Source: Oculatellaceae cyanobacterium bins.114
GTDB lineage: Bacteria; Cyanobacteriota; Cyanobacteriia; Elainellales; Elainellaceae
DNA: 64,000 bases
Assembly: GCA_033764315.1 (NCBI GenBank)
Contig: JANRJA010000172.1
Coordinates: forward strand, 14,675 to 78,674
Direction: 5' to 3'
Shown one piece after another: positions 19,257 through 28,198 of this stretch (positions are counted from its first letter, which is position 1; each line of letters starts with the position of its first letter). Below the pieces are notes generated by a model, which searched no databases, was not told the DNA's origin, and worked only from the letters and a program-made list of their open reading frames with translations. The position numbers and the translations under genes are program-made.

Positions 19257-19323
19257 TGCTTACAGCGAGACGTCCGCCACGTTATCTGCTCTCTAACAAG
19301 CTTGACATTTAAGATAATCGCTT

Positions 19324-19575
19324 TTTTCACGCGTCCAATCTCTCACCTTCTACATCTGCGATAATGGGATTGGTATTTCACCCGACCATCTCGACAAAAT
19401 CTTTCAAATTTTCCGCCGCTTACATGGACGAGATGACTTTGGGAGTGGAACGGGGGTTGGGTTAACCATTGCCCGCAAAATCGTCGAAAGGCACGGTGGT
19501 AGAATCTGGGTGACATCCACCCCCTCTCAAGGCAGTACTTTTTACTTCACTCTGTCCACAGAGGCAACCGTATGA
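19324..19575 (+). pseudogene. 5'-truncated histidine kinase (phytochrome-type HATPase end)
   Basis: [64 protein letters not shown]; no start codon; ATGA overlap with the next gene. Confidence 0.88.
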
Positions 19576-20045
19576 CGCTTACTTCAGCTTTTCCGAGCAG
19601 GCAAACACGGCTGATGTTAGTTGTGGAAGATAGCAACGAAGACTTTGAGGTGTTGCACCGTTTTTTGCAGCGATCGCCCCTGACTATTACGATTCAACGG
19701 TGTATCACTGGAGAACAAGCCCTCGCGTTTCTCTATCGCACAGACAGTTATAGCGATCGCCAGAGTGCCCCCCGACCGGGTTTAATTGTGCTAGACCTGA
19801 ACCTACCTGGAACGGATGGGCGAGAGGTGTTGCGCCGGATTAAGCAAGATGATACTTTGAAATCCATTCCAGTAATTGTCTTCACGACCTCTAATAACCC
19901 CGAAGACATCAACGACTGCTATCAGTACGGAGTTAACAGCTACATCGTCAAGCCAATCAATTTTGCTCAGCTTAAACGCGACATTCAGACACTAATTGAT
20001 TACTGGTTTGACGTTATTACTCTTCCTGACATATTAGAGGACTGA
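19572..20045 (+). CDS. Rcp1/CheY-like single-domain response regulator
   Basis: [37 protein letters not shown]. Confidence 0.92.
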   Translation: MTLTSAFPSRQTRLMLVVEDSNEDFEVLHRFLQRSPLTITIQRCITGEQALAFLYRTDSYSDRQSAPRPGLIVLDLNLPGTDGREVLRRIKQDDTLKSIPVIVFTTSNNPEDINDCYQYGVNSYIVKPINFAQLKRDIQTLIDYWFDVITLPDILED

Positions 20046-20227
20046 CAATGAATCAAGTCCCTTGTACCCTGTTAATCGTCTTAGAGCGTGTCTTAACAGT
20101 CTAGATTGAGAGAGCATTGGCGATTAAAGTCGCAGACTTCGGCGTGAGTTCAGACTTCCTACGACACCTTCCGTTGGCAAGGGAGGCGAGAGGGGTCGCA
20201 TTTGCACCTGACGTTAGTAGTCCTAAA

Positions 20228-21232
20228 CTACCCCTCATTGGGGGCAGTCACTTCTGTCTGATCTACCCAATTTAAGTCAACAGCTTGCTCACACACGACT
20301 TGGGTAGTGGTAGCTGCTGGAATCACAGTCGGGTTTTGTCCGGGGTTTGCGGTGACTCGGTTGGGGCGTTGCACAATGGAGCATACCTTTTGAACGTAAT
20401 AACCGCCTGGGCGAGAACTGGGACCTCGCCAAACGGCTCTCAACGTCAGGACATAGCCTGGATTGCCTGCCGACACCTCTCCTTGCAGTTTCCAGAGCCG
20501 ATCTTCGTCGGTTTTGGGAATTCGTTTTTTGACTTCTAATTCTAATTGGGCAATTTCAATGTCTGCCTCAAATAACCATCGCTCAACTTCGCTCCAGGGA
20601 GAACTTTCAAGTTGTTCTCGCACGGCTGTTTCTGCAAGATTCAAAAATGTCACTCCCCGTGAGTTTTGGTCAGATGGGTCAACCTTGATCACAAAGGCAC
20701 TCCGGGTAAATTCGTCGGCGACTAAGCTGGGATATTGTTGCAACCAATCTTGCAGTAAAAAAAAGAACTGTAACCAGCAACTAAAAATCGTGCTGAGAAG
20801 CAATAACAAAACAATTTCTTGGCGATCGATCGCATACTTTTTGCCATCTAATGTGGGGTTAACAACATCCAACCCATGTTTTAAGAATTTAGGAATGATG
20901 GCAATCAGAGCAGAGATAACGGGCCAGCTGATAACGGCTAAAGAGATGTCACTCCATCCATAAAACAAAAAGCTACAGGCTAATGCTCCTGTAATCCACG
21001 GGCCAGGATATATATCAATCCCTAAAATATTTTGTTTGACTTTGGCTAAAACCCAACCCACGCCAATTGTTAAAAACAGCCAGCCCAGCCATGCTAAAAA
21101 GTCTCGAACGATGTCATTATCAACTAACAAAGACATCACCCAAGAAAACAGACTTAGTAAGATGAACGTCTGTCCTGAAAAAGGTTTGACATCTTTAAAG
21201 TATTTAAGAATAAAGTCGATGACTTCTTTCAC
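20228..21232 (-). CDS. fraD: Septal junction protein FraD (DUF5357)
   Basis: Five TM segments, WLQQYPSLVADEFTRSAFV, soluble C-terminus; directly downstream of fraC. Confidence 0.8.
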   Translation of the reverse strand: MKEVIDFILKYFKDVKPFSGQTFILLSLFSWVMSLLVDNDIVRDFLAWLGWLFLTIGVGWVLAKVKQNILGIDIYPGPWITGALACSFLFYGWSDISLAVISWPVISALIAIIPKFLKHGLDVVNPTLDGKKYAIDRQEIVLLLLLSTIFSCWLQFFFLLQDWLQQYPSLVADEFTRSAFVIKVDPSDQNSRGVTFLNLAETAVREQLESSPWSEVERWLFEADIEIAQLELEVKKRIPKTDEDRLWKLQGEVSAGNPGYVLTLRAVWRGPSSRPGGYYVQKVCSIVQRPNRVTANPGQNPTVIPAATTTQVVCEQAVDLNWVDQTEVTAPNEG

Positions 21233-21245
21233 TGAATTGCTTTTA

Positions 21246-21797
21246 CTAAATGAGTAAATCTAAACTGCCTTGCGTAATTAAGCGAATAATCAGAATCAAA
21301 GAGATGGCACTATAGCTCATAGCGTTGGCGGCTAAAATAGTGTTACCTAGCCCTGGAGAAATAATACTTCTTGTTGTCCGTCGAGATGCTCCAAATTTAG
21401 TGGCTTTGGCTTTTTGAGCCTCTGTTTCAGGAGGTTTGATGTCTCCTATAAACAATCGCAGATACGTTAATCCAAATAGCTTGACAAAGAAACTGGCAAA
21501 AAAGGTGACTGGGGCTGACAACATCACCCACAAAATAAATCCCTGTTGCCAGTGATCAAAAAAAATGCAGTCGATCAGTTGCAGTTTGAGACCGGGAGGA
21601 ATCAGCGGTTGAATAATTAGAAATAACAGCCAGCCGACGGTTGTAGACAAAAAATTAATGGATGTGGCGTAGTGAATACTTCGCTTTTGGGTGAGATTGA
21701 GACGATAGCGCAAGACGTATGCCTCGATGGCGATCGCCATCAGCAGCAGCAAGCTCTGAAACACAACCATCTTTAGCGGCAGAACCGAAACAAACAT
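21246..21797 (-). CDS. fraC: Filament integrity protein FraC
   Basis: LPLKMVVFQSLLLLMAIAIEA, YATSINFLST..GW, ILAANAMSYSAI. Confidence 0.85.
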   Translation of the reverse strand: MFVSVLPLKMVVFQSLLLLMAIAIEAYVLRYRLNLTQKRSIHYATSINFLSTTVGWLLFLIIQPLIPPGLKLQLIDCIFFDHWQQGFILWVMLSAPVTFFASFFVKLFGLTYLRLFIGDIKPPETEAQKAKATKFGASRRTTRSIISPGLGNTILAANAMSYSAISLILIIRLITQGSLDLLI

Positions 21798-22026
21798 GAG
21801 GGAATTTTGATCTCAACAGGGCAGCAGTCATGCTTGATTTAAACCTACTGCATTGCTGTGGGGATGCCTGAACCGCCATAATAGATATAAGCTCTATCGG
21901 TAGCATTAATGATCTAAACCAGGGATTGACAACACTACTAATAGCGGTAATCTTTTGTAGGCGACTGTTTTCCTCACGCTCAACGCTGACCTAAATCACG
22001 CAACGTTTATTCATCATCTTAAAACC

Positions 22027-23160
22027 ATGACACGAACCGGAGTCGGTATTCGCACAGCCCAAACCCGCAGCGATCGCCTGATTGGTCAAATTCATGTGTA
22101 TGACGGTGCCGGAAAAGGCAAGTCACAAGCGGCGTTGGGGGTTGTTTTGCGGTCGATTGGGTTAGGCATTCGTACCTCGTGGCAGACGCGGGTGTTATTG
22201 TTGCGATTTTTAAAAGGGCCGGGGCGCACCTATGACGAAGATGCCGCGATCGAAGCTCTGCAACGTGGGTTTCCCCACCTAATTGACCAGGTTCGCACGG
22301 GCAGAGCTGAATATTTTGGCACTGAAGATGTCACCCGATTTGATCGGTTAGAGGCTCAGCGAGGCTGGGATGTGGCAAAAGGGGCGATCGCCTCTGGGCT
22401 ATATTCTGTTGTGGTGCTGGATGAAATCAATCCGGTTCTCGATCTGGGTTTGCTGCCCATTGAAGACGTTGTCAAAACCCTGAAAAACAAACACGAAGAC
22501 TTAGAGATCATTGCTACTGGCCGAGGCGCACCCCAACCGTTGCTCGACATCGCCGATCTGCACTCTGAGATGAAGGCACACCATCATGCCCACGCTGCCC
22601 TGCATGGGATGGAAGGCATTGAAATTTACACCGGGTCGGGCAAAGGCAAATCTACCAGTGCACTGGGCAAAGCGTTGCAGGCGATTGGCAAGGGCATTAG
22701 CCAAGATAAATCGCACCGCGTGTTGATCATGCAATGGCTCAAGGGTGGGTCAGGCTATACCGAAGATGCGGCGATCGCGGCTTTGCACCAGAGTTATCCC
22801 AATTTAGTGGATCACCAACGTTGTGGACGAGATGCGATCGTTTGGCGGGGTCAGCAACAAGAACTCGACTATGTTGAGGCAGAACGAGGCTGGGAAATTG
22901 CCCGTGCGGCGATCGCCTCTGGGCTTTACAAAACCATCATTTTAGATGAACTCAACCCCACCGTCGATTTAGAGCTATTGCCCCAAGAACCGATTATTCA
23001 AGCCTTGCTTCGCAAACCTCGTGACACCGAAGTTATCATCACCGGACGCTGCAAAAACCCTCCCGCTTACTTTGATCTGGCTAGTGTTCACTCGGAGGTC
23101 TTTTGCCACAAACACTATGCCGAAAAGGGCGTCGATTTGAAACGAGGCGTCGATTTTTAG
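22027..23160 (+). CDS. cobO: Cob(I)yrinic acid a,c-diamide adenosyltransferase (tandem double domain)
   Basis: Two P-loops (YDGAGKGKS, YTGSGKGKST), LDEIN/LDELN, TGR, GVDF end. Confidence 0.9.
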   Translation: MTRTGVGIRTAQTRSDRLIGQIHVYDGAGKGKSQAALGVVLRSIGLGIRTSWQTRVLLLRFLKGPGRTYDEDAAIEALQRGFPHLIDQVRTGRAEYFGTEDVTRFDRLEAQRGWDVAKGAIASGLYSVVVLDEINPVLDLGLLPIEDVVKTLKNKHEDLEIIATGRGAPQPLLDIADLHSEMKAHHHAHAALHGMEGIEIYTGSGKGKSTSALGKALQAIGKGISQDKSHRVLIMQWLKGGSGYTEDAAIAALHQSYPNLVDHQRCGRDAIVWRGQQQELDYVEAERGWEIARAAIASGLYKTIILDELNPTVDLELLPQEPIIQALLRKPRDTEVIITGRCKNPPAYFDLASVHSEVFCHKHYAEKGVDLKRGVDF

Positions 23161-23224
23161 AAGACGATCGTCGATTCACAATTACGTTAGGATTGGGGCA
23201 AGCTGAGAACTTGCTCTGAGTTGT

Positions 23225-24103
23225 ATGCCTAGCGTTTTTATCAACCCCAAAACTGATTTTGCGTTCAAGAAAATCTTTGGCTCTAAACAGAGCAAGGATA
23301 TTTTGATCAGTTTTCTCAACGCGATCGTTTACAACGAACAAGACACCATTCAAGATCTGGTGATTCTCGATCCCTATCAGGCTCCACGCATTGCGGGAAT
23401 GAAGGACTCTTACCTGGATGTCAAAGCTACCCTGGTGGATGGCACCACGGTCATTATTGAAATGCAGGTGCTGAATGTTTTGGGCTTTGAAAAGCGGGTA
23501 CTCTACAACGCGGCTAAAGCCTTTTCAATTCAGTTAGGGGTTGGTGAAGATTACACGTTACTGAATCCGGTGATTGCGTTAACTATTACCGATTTTGAGA
23601 TGTTCCCTAGCAATCCTCGAATCATCTCGCGCTATCGCCTCAAAGAAAAAGAGGACTTGACTGACTATAGCGATGACATTGAACTGGTATTTGTGGAGTT
23701 GCCGAAGTTCAAGAAAGATCTCGATCACTTAGAAACATTAGTAGACAAATGGCTATATTTTTTGAAGTCAGCCAGCCAACTTGAATCTGTGCCTTCTACG
23801 ATGAGTGATGTGCCTGCGATTCAACATGCCTTTACCGTTGCCCAACAGAGTAAACTCAGCCGTAAAGAGTTAGAACTGCTGGAGAAGCGAGAAATCTTCT
23901 TGCATGATAGCCGCAATGCTATTCTCAAGGCTCGACAGGAAGGACGGCAGGAAGGTGGACAGGTGGGTCGTAAAGCAAAAGCAATGGAGATTGCTCGTCA
24001 GTTGTTAGATGTGTTGGATATGGAGACGATTAGCCAAAAAACAGGCTTGAGTGTGGCAGAGATTCAACAGATTTCTAACGGCTCTAAAAAGCTGGAGATC
24101 TAA
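23225..24103 (+). CDS. Rpn family PD-(D/E)XK nuclease
   Basis: NPKTDFAFKKIFG, LDV..IIEMQ, FVELPKF, QEGRQEG, KTGLS. Confidence 0.92.
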   Translation: MPSVFINPKTDFAFKKIFGSKQSKDILISFLNAIVYNEQDTIQDLVILDPYQAPRIAGMKDSYLDVKATLVDGTTVIIEMQVLNVLGFEKRVLYNAAKAFSIQLGVGEDYTLLNPVIALTITDFEMFPSNPRIISRYRLKEKEDLTDYSDDIELVFVELPKFKKDLDHLETLVDKWLYFLKSASQLESVPSTMSDVPAIQHAFTVAQQSKLSRKELELLEKREIFLHDSRNAILKARQEGRQEGGQVGRKAKAMEIARQLLDVLDMETISQKTGLSVAEIQQISNGSKKLEI

Positions 24104-24155
24104 GCGGATATCTGACTAGATTCCTTCTTTTTCGCGTTCTCTTGTCTTGCTTAGA

Positions 24156-25502
24156 CTAGGGCATTGCATCTTTTGCCCGATACAACAGATAGGCACCCCG
24201 CAGATACCACATCCGCAATGCGGGCAAAGGAAACGCTTTGAGGGGTTGTCTCACCACGGCACAAAGACTTTGAATCTGGCTTTGACCTGCCACAATTTGG
24301 GCGATCGCCCGACCACTCCAGGTGCCTGTGGCAACACCATTGCCGTGATAGGCGAGGGCATAAAACACGCTTGTATCCTCTGCTAGAGCCCCTATATGAG
24401 GCACTAACGCGGCTGAGAGACACACTAGCCCATTCCAAAAATGGGTGATCTCAACCTCTTTCCAGGCAGGAAACATCTCGCCCAAGCGACGGGTCATCCA
24501 ACGACGACGGCGATCGCCCTCAGCAACATCTCCCACCGTGCCTCCCCGACTGCCCAATAAAAATCGGCCATCTTTTAACAAGCGATAATAAAACAACAAA
24601 TTGCGCGTGTCATAAATGGGAGTTTCGGTGCGCCACCCTTGCGCCTCTAGTTCCGTCTGGGTTAACGGGCGAGTCGTAATAATATTGGACAGGGCAGGCA
24701 AGAAGCGATCGCGAAATCCTGGATATAGCCCATCTTGAGTGTAGCCATTGGTGGCGACAATCACCTGCTTTGCTCTCACGGTACCTTGAGGAGTGTGCAG
24801 CAGATGCCACTCTCCTGACTTTTCCCAGACCGTTACCGGACTGTGAGGAAACAACATAGCTCCGTGTCGTCGGGCAGATTGACCCAACCCCACTGTGTAC
24901 TTAAAGGGATTTAAACCAAACCCCACCCCAACCCGCAAGGCACCCTTTGCCTCTGGGCTGCGAAAACCATATTCTGACAGATCTTTTTGTGACCAGAGTT
25001 GACAGGGGTAGTCTGCGACTTCAGTAAAAAATTCATACTCTTCTTCTAACTCAGCCCACCGCGATATCGTGTGAGCTGAGACAATTTCGCCATCGCCCTG
25101 AGCGTCAATCTCAATCGCTTCAGCGATCGCCAGTTGTCGCACCAGATGTGTGGCTTCCTGCTGGTCTTGAAAATAGCGATGCGTTTGATCTCGCCCAAAC
25201 TGCTTTAGCAACTCCTCATTGGATAGACGAGTAGAACCGATGCAACAAAAACCTCCGTTACGCCCAGAGGCACCCCAGGCGATCGCTCCGGCTTCTAACA
25301 CGCACGCTTGAATCTGATGATCACGAGCCAAGTGGAGTGCAGCGGAGAGTCCCGTAATGCCACCCCCAATAATGGCAACCTCGCAAGTGTGATCGCACTG
25401 GAGCGGTAGATTGTAAATTTGATCGGGATCAACCGTCGTCTCCCAATAGCTTTGAACTGGACGAGAGCGATCGTAAACGAGTGAATTGTAGAGCGTCGTC
25501 AT
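24156..25502 (-). CDS. FAD-dependent oxidoreductase (PuuB/DAO-like)
   Basis: SYW, IIGGGITGLS, GASGRNGG, ATNGY, YHGNG. Confidence 0.9.
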   Translation of the reverse strand: MTTLYNSLVYDRSRPVQSYWETTVDPDQIYNLPLQCDHTCEVAIIGGGITGLSAALHLARDHQIQACVLEAGAIAWGASGRNGGFCCIGSTRLSNEELLKQFGRDQTHRYFQDQQEATHLVRQLAIAEAIEIDAQGDGEIVSAHTISRWAELEEEYEFFTEVADYPCQLWSQKDLSEYGFRSPEAKGALRVGVGFGLNPFKYTVGLGQSARRHGAMLFPHSPVTVWEKSGEWHLLHTPQGTVRAKQVIVATNGYTQDGLYPGFRDRFLPALSNIITTRPLTQTELEAQGWRTETPIYDTRNLLFYYRLLKDGRFLLGSRGGTVGDVAEGDRRRRWMTRRLGEMFPAWKEVEITHFWNGLVCLSAALVPHIGALAEDTSVFYALAYHGNGVATGTWSGRAIAQIVAGQSQIQSLCAVVRQPLKAFPLPALRMWYLRGAYLLYRAKDAMP

Positions 25503-25611
25503 GCTATCAAAAGCGCGTTTTCATATCCTACAAGACTTTAGGAAATAGGAAGTGGTTCATCAGGAGTGAAATGCGGGATGACGAAGCGATCGCCTGAAGG
25601 TAATGCCAAGG

Positions 25612-27600
25612 CTATGGGTCAAGTGCCGTCTCGCTCTTAAACAGAGGCAGTCTTACGGTAAACGTAGCTCCCTGACCTTCTCCCAAACTCTCTGCTTGAA
25701 CTGTTCCACCATGCAATTCCACCAAATGCCGCACGATCGCCAACCCTAGCCCCAAGCCACCAAATTTACGAGTAGTCTTGCCATCCTCTTGCCGGAAATA
25801 CTCAAATACATGAGGCAAAAAATTGGGATCAATGCCTTTGCCAGTGTCGCTGACAGTGATTTGAGCATAGGAGTAGAGAGGCGCATGGGTTGATGGGTCA
25901 ATCGGCAATAGGACGCCCTCCCCCCTCTCCTCTGCACATGTACCCTCAACCCATTCCAATCGCACCTCTATCTGACCCTCTACCGCCGTAAACTTAACGG
26001 CATTACTGAGTAGATTCCAGACCACTTGTTGAAGACGAGCAGAATCTCCCAAGGCATGCCCAACGATAGGATCAAACCTGGTTTGAATTTGAATAGACTT
26101 AACTTCCGCCGCTAAGCGCATCGTTTCTATTGCAGATTCAATGACAAACACCAAATTAACAGGAGCCATGTGGAGGATCAGTTTGCCTTTTAGGATGCGA
26201 GAGACATCTAACAAATCCTCAATCAGTTGAGTTTGCAGTTTGGCGTTACGCTCGATAGTCTCTAGAGCAAAAGCCGTTCTTTCGGCATCTAATCTGCCAG
26301 TGCGGAGCAAAGTTGACCAACCGAGAATGGGGTTGAGGGGAGTACGCAACTCATGCGATAGCACCGCTAAAAACTCATCTTTGATTCGGTTTGCTGCCTC
26401 TGCTTCCTCTCTTGCCGATTCAACTCGCATCAGGTTTTCACTGCGCTCTTGCTCTTGTTGCGCTAACAAGTTTGCAGCAAATTCTAGAGATTGTCCTAAT
26501 AAGACCACCTCTTTAATAGAGAGCGGGCTGATTTGAGGATATTCACCGTTTGCTAACGCTGCTGCGGCTGCTGCGGCTGAGGTGATGCTGCGAGAAATTT
26601 GTCGCGAGAGAATGAATGCACCAATACCGCTGACTAATAGCAAGACTAGCCCAGTGCTGATCACCAGCCAAATGGCTTGACGGGCTGGCTGTTGAATGAC
26701 GTTGACGGGCACCGTGACAGCAACCGTCCAGGAGGAGTTCTCGACCCGGCAAAAGGCGACGTAAACTTTCATGCCTTCTAGGGTTGTATCTTGATAGACT
26801 CCCTCAGGGGCTTCTCCAATTCGCTTTAAAAAAGAGGGTGTCCCTCGTTGCCCAATAAACCGTTCTGGGTTGCGGGTGCGAGCCACCACCACCCCTTGAC
26901 CATCAACCACGGTGCGAGTCCATTCGCCATCAATCCGGGTCTGCTCAGCCACGACATTGGCCAGTGCTTTTTGGGTGATGATTGCTGTGAGAACGTATTG
27001 CAGATTGCCATCGCGTATTACCGGAACCCGCACTGGAATAGCAATCAGATCTGGCTCAAGCTTTACCTGCGCTAAATTGCCGAGAGTTGGTTGGCGCGTT
27101 TCAACGACTCGTCGTAAACTTTCTGGTTCGATAACAGGGGGCAATTGCCGACTAAACGGTTGTCGAGTATTCAAAAGCTGCTGACCGTTGGGTGTTAAGA
27201 GAATCACAGATACCCACGTAGCTTGGGTTTGTGTCACCTGTTTTGCTTGGCTGTAAAAGGTGCTCAAATCTCCCTGGTTAAGTTGTTCGGATGCGGCTAG
27301 AGCTTGGAGGGTTCGGGTTGTGCTAGAAAACTCGTGCTCTACGGTCTCTGCTAGATTGCGAGCAGCCATCAAGATGCGTCGCTCTGATGCGGCTTGTTCC
27401 TGGCTAGAGAGCCGATAGACCACTGCAATAGCAAATAACACGACTGGCAATAAAGTTCCTGCTACTAGCAGAACTAGATACCACCTCAACGAAAGCGTTT
27501 CGTGGATAGAAGCGGTCGGATAGGGATAGACCTTGGTTGAGGCAATCCGCTGAATGAGCGGGCTTAGAAATCCAGTACTAGTAGACTTTTCTTCCGCCAT
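25612..27600 (-). CDS. Membrane sensor histidine kinase with a Cache-like sensor domain
   Basis: TM-sensor-TM, LSHELRTPL, NAVKFT, GGLGLGL; no receiver domain. Confidence 0.92.
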   Translation of the reverse strand: MAEEKSTSTGFLSPLIQRIASTKVYPYPTASIHETLSLRWYLVLLVAGTLLPVVLFAIAVVYRLSSQEQAASERRILMAARNLAETVEHEFSSTTRTLQALAASEQLNQGDLSTFYSQAKQVTQTQATWVSVILLTPNGQQLLNTRQPFSRQLPPVIEPESLRRVVETRQPTLGNLAQVKLEPDLIAIPVRVPVIRDGNLQYVLTAIITQKALANVVAEQTRIDGEWTRTVVDGQGVVVARTRNPERFIGQRGTPSFLKRIGEAPEGVYQDTTLEGMKVYVAFCRVENSSWTVAVTVPVNVIQQPARQAIWLVISTGLVLLLVSGIGAFILSRQISRSITSAAAAAAALANGEYPQISPLSIKEVVLLGQSLEFAANLLAQQEQERSENLMRVESAREEAEAANRIKDEFLAVLSHELRTPLNPILGWSTLLRTGRLDAERTAFALETIERNAKLQTQLIEDLLDVSRILKGKLILHMAPVNLVFVIESAIETMRLAAEVKSIQIQTRFDPIVGHALGDSARLQQVVWNLLSNAVKFTAVEGQIEVRLEWVEGTCAEERGEGVLLPIDPSTHAPLYSYAQITVSDTGKGIDPNFLPHVFEYFRQEDGKTTRKFGGLGLGLAIVRHLVELHGGTVQAESLGEGQGATFTVRLPLFKSETALDP

Positions 27601-27903
27601 TTATTTCTTATGTTGTCAGCTATAAGGGGAGGTTGTGCGAAAAGGCTACGATGATGTCGCCTAAAAGAACGCAATCATCACGTTTGGCTCTTGTTAGAGC
27701 AATGTTATAGCACCTGAAGAGTTAGTAAGAACGGGGTATAGGGGTTTCGGCATAAGCATTCAGCGTTCGGCGAAGCTTTACCAAACGTCTGAGTTCACAC
27801 CAAAGTTTGGACGGAACCTCTGAATCCCCCTTCACCCACTTGGATTGACTATCTTGACAGTTGTCATAGGGAAATTGAGTCAGGTCAATAAACCGTGTTT
27901 GCG

Positions 27904-27955
27904 ATCGCCATACTGAATTGCCATACTGAATCGCCATACTAAATCGCCATACTTA
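27904..27955. repeat. 13-bp tandem repeat x4
   Basis: ATCGCCATACTGA ATTGCCATACTGA ATCGCCATACTAA ATCGCCATACTTA. Confidence 0.9.
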
Positions 27956-28198
27956 ATGTGTATCCCTTGTCTGTGGTAGTTTCACATCTCTCAGTGTAGG
28001 TATGTTCAACCATTTGATGCTTTTCTTTTACTCTTTACTCCACAAAAACCTTCCCTAAGCTATAGCAACAGTTCCCACTTCTGAGCGATGAGCACAAGCG
28101 CGATCTCCGCGATGGTAACTACAGAAGGATTATGTCTCATTGCAGAGTTACGCTCCGCAGGAAACTACGTGAGATTTAGTGTTTAAAGAGGGAAAATC

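Noticed and set aside
22027..23160. Doubled CobO domain as a novelty
   Set aside because: The tandem form is, to my knowledge, usual in cyanobacteria
27722..27937. 71-aa ORF
   Set aside because: Starts within the 13-bp tandem repeat and crosses repeat-like DNA; no recognisable motif
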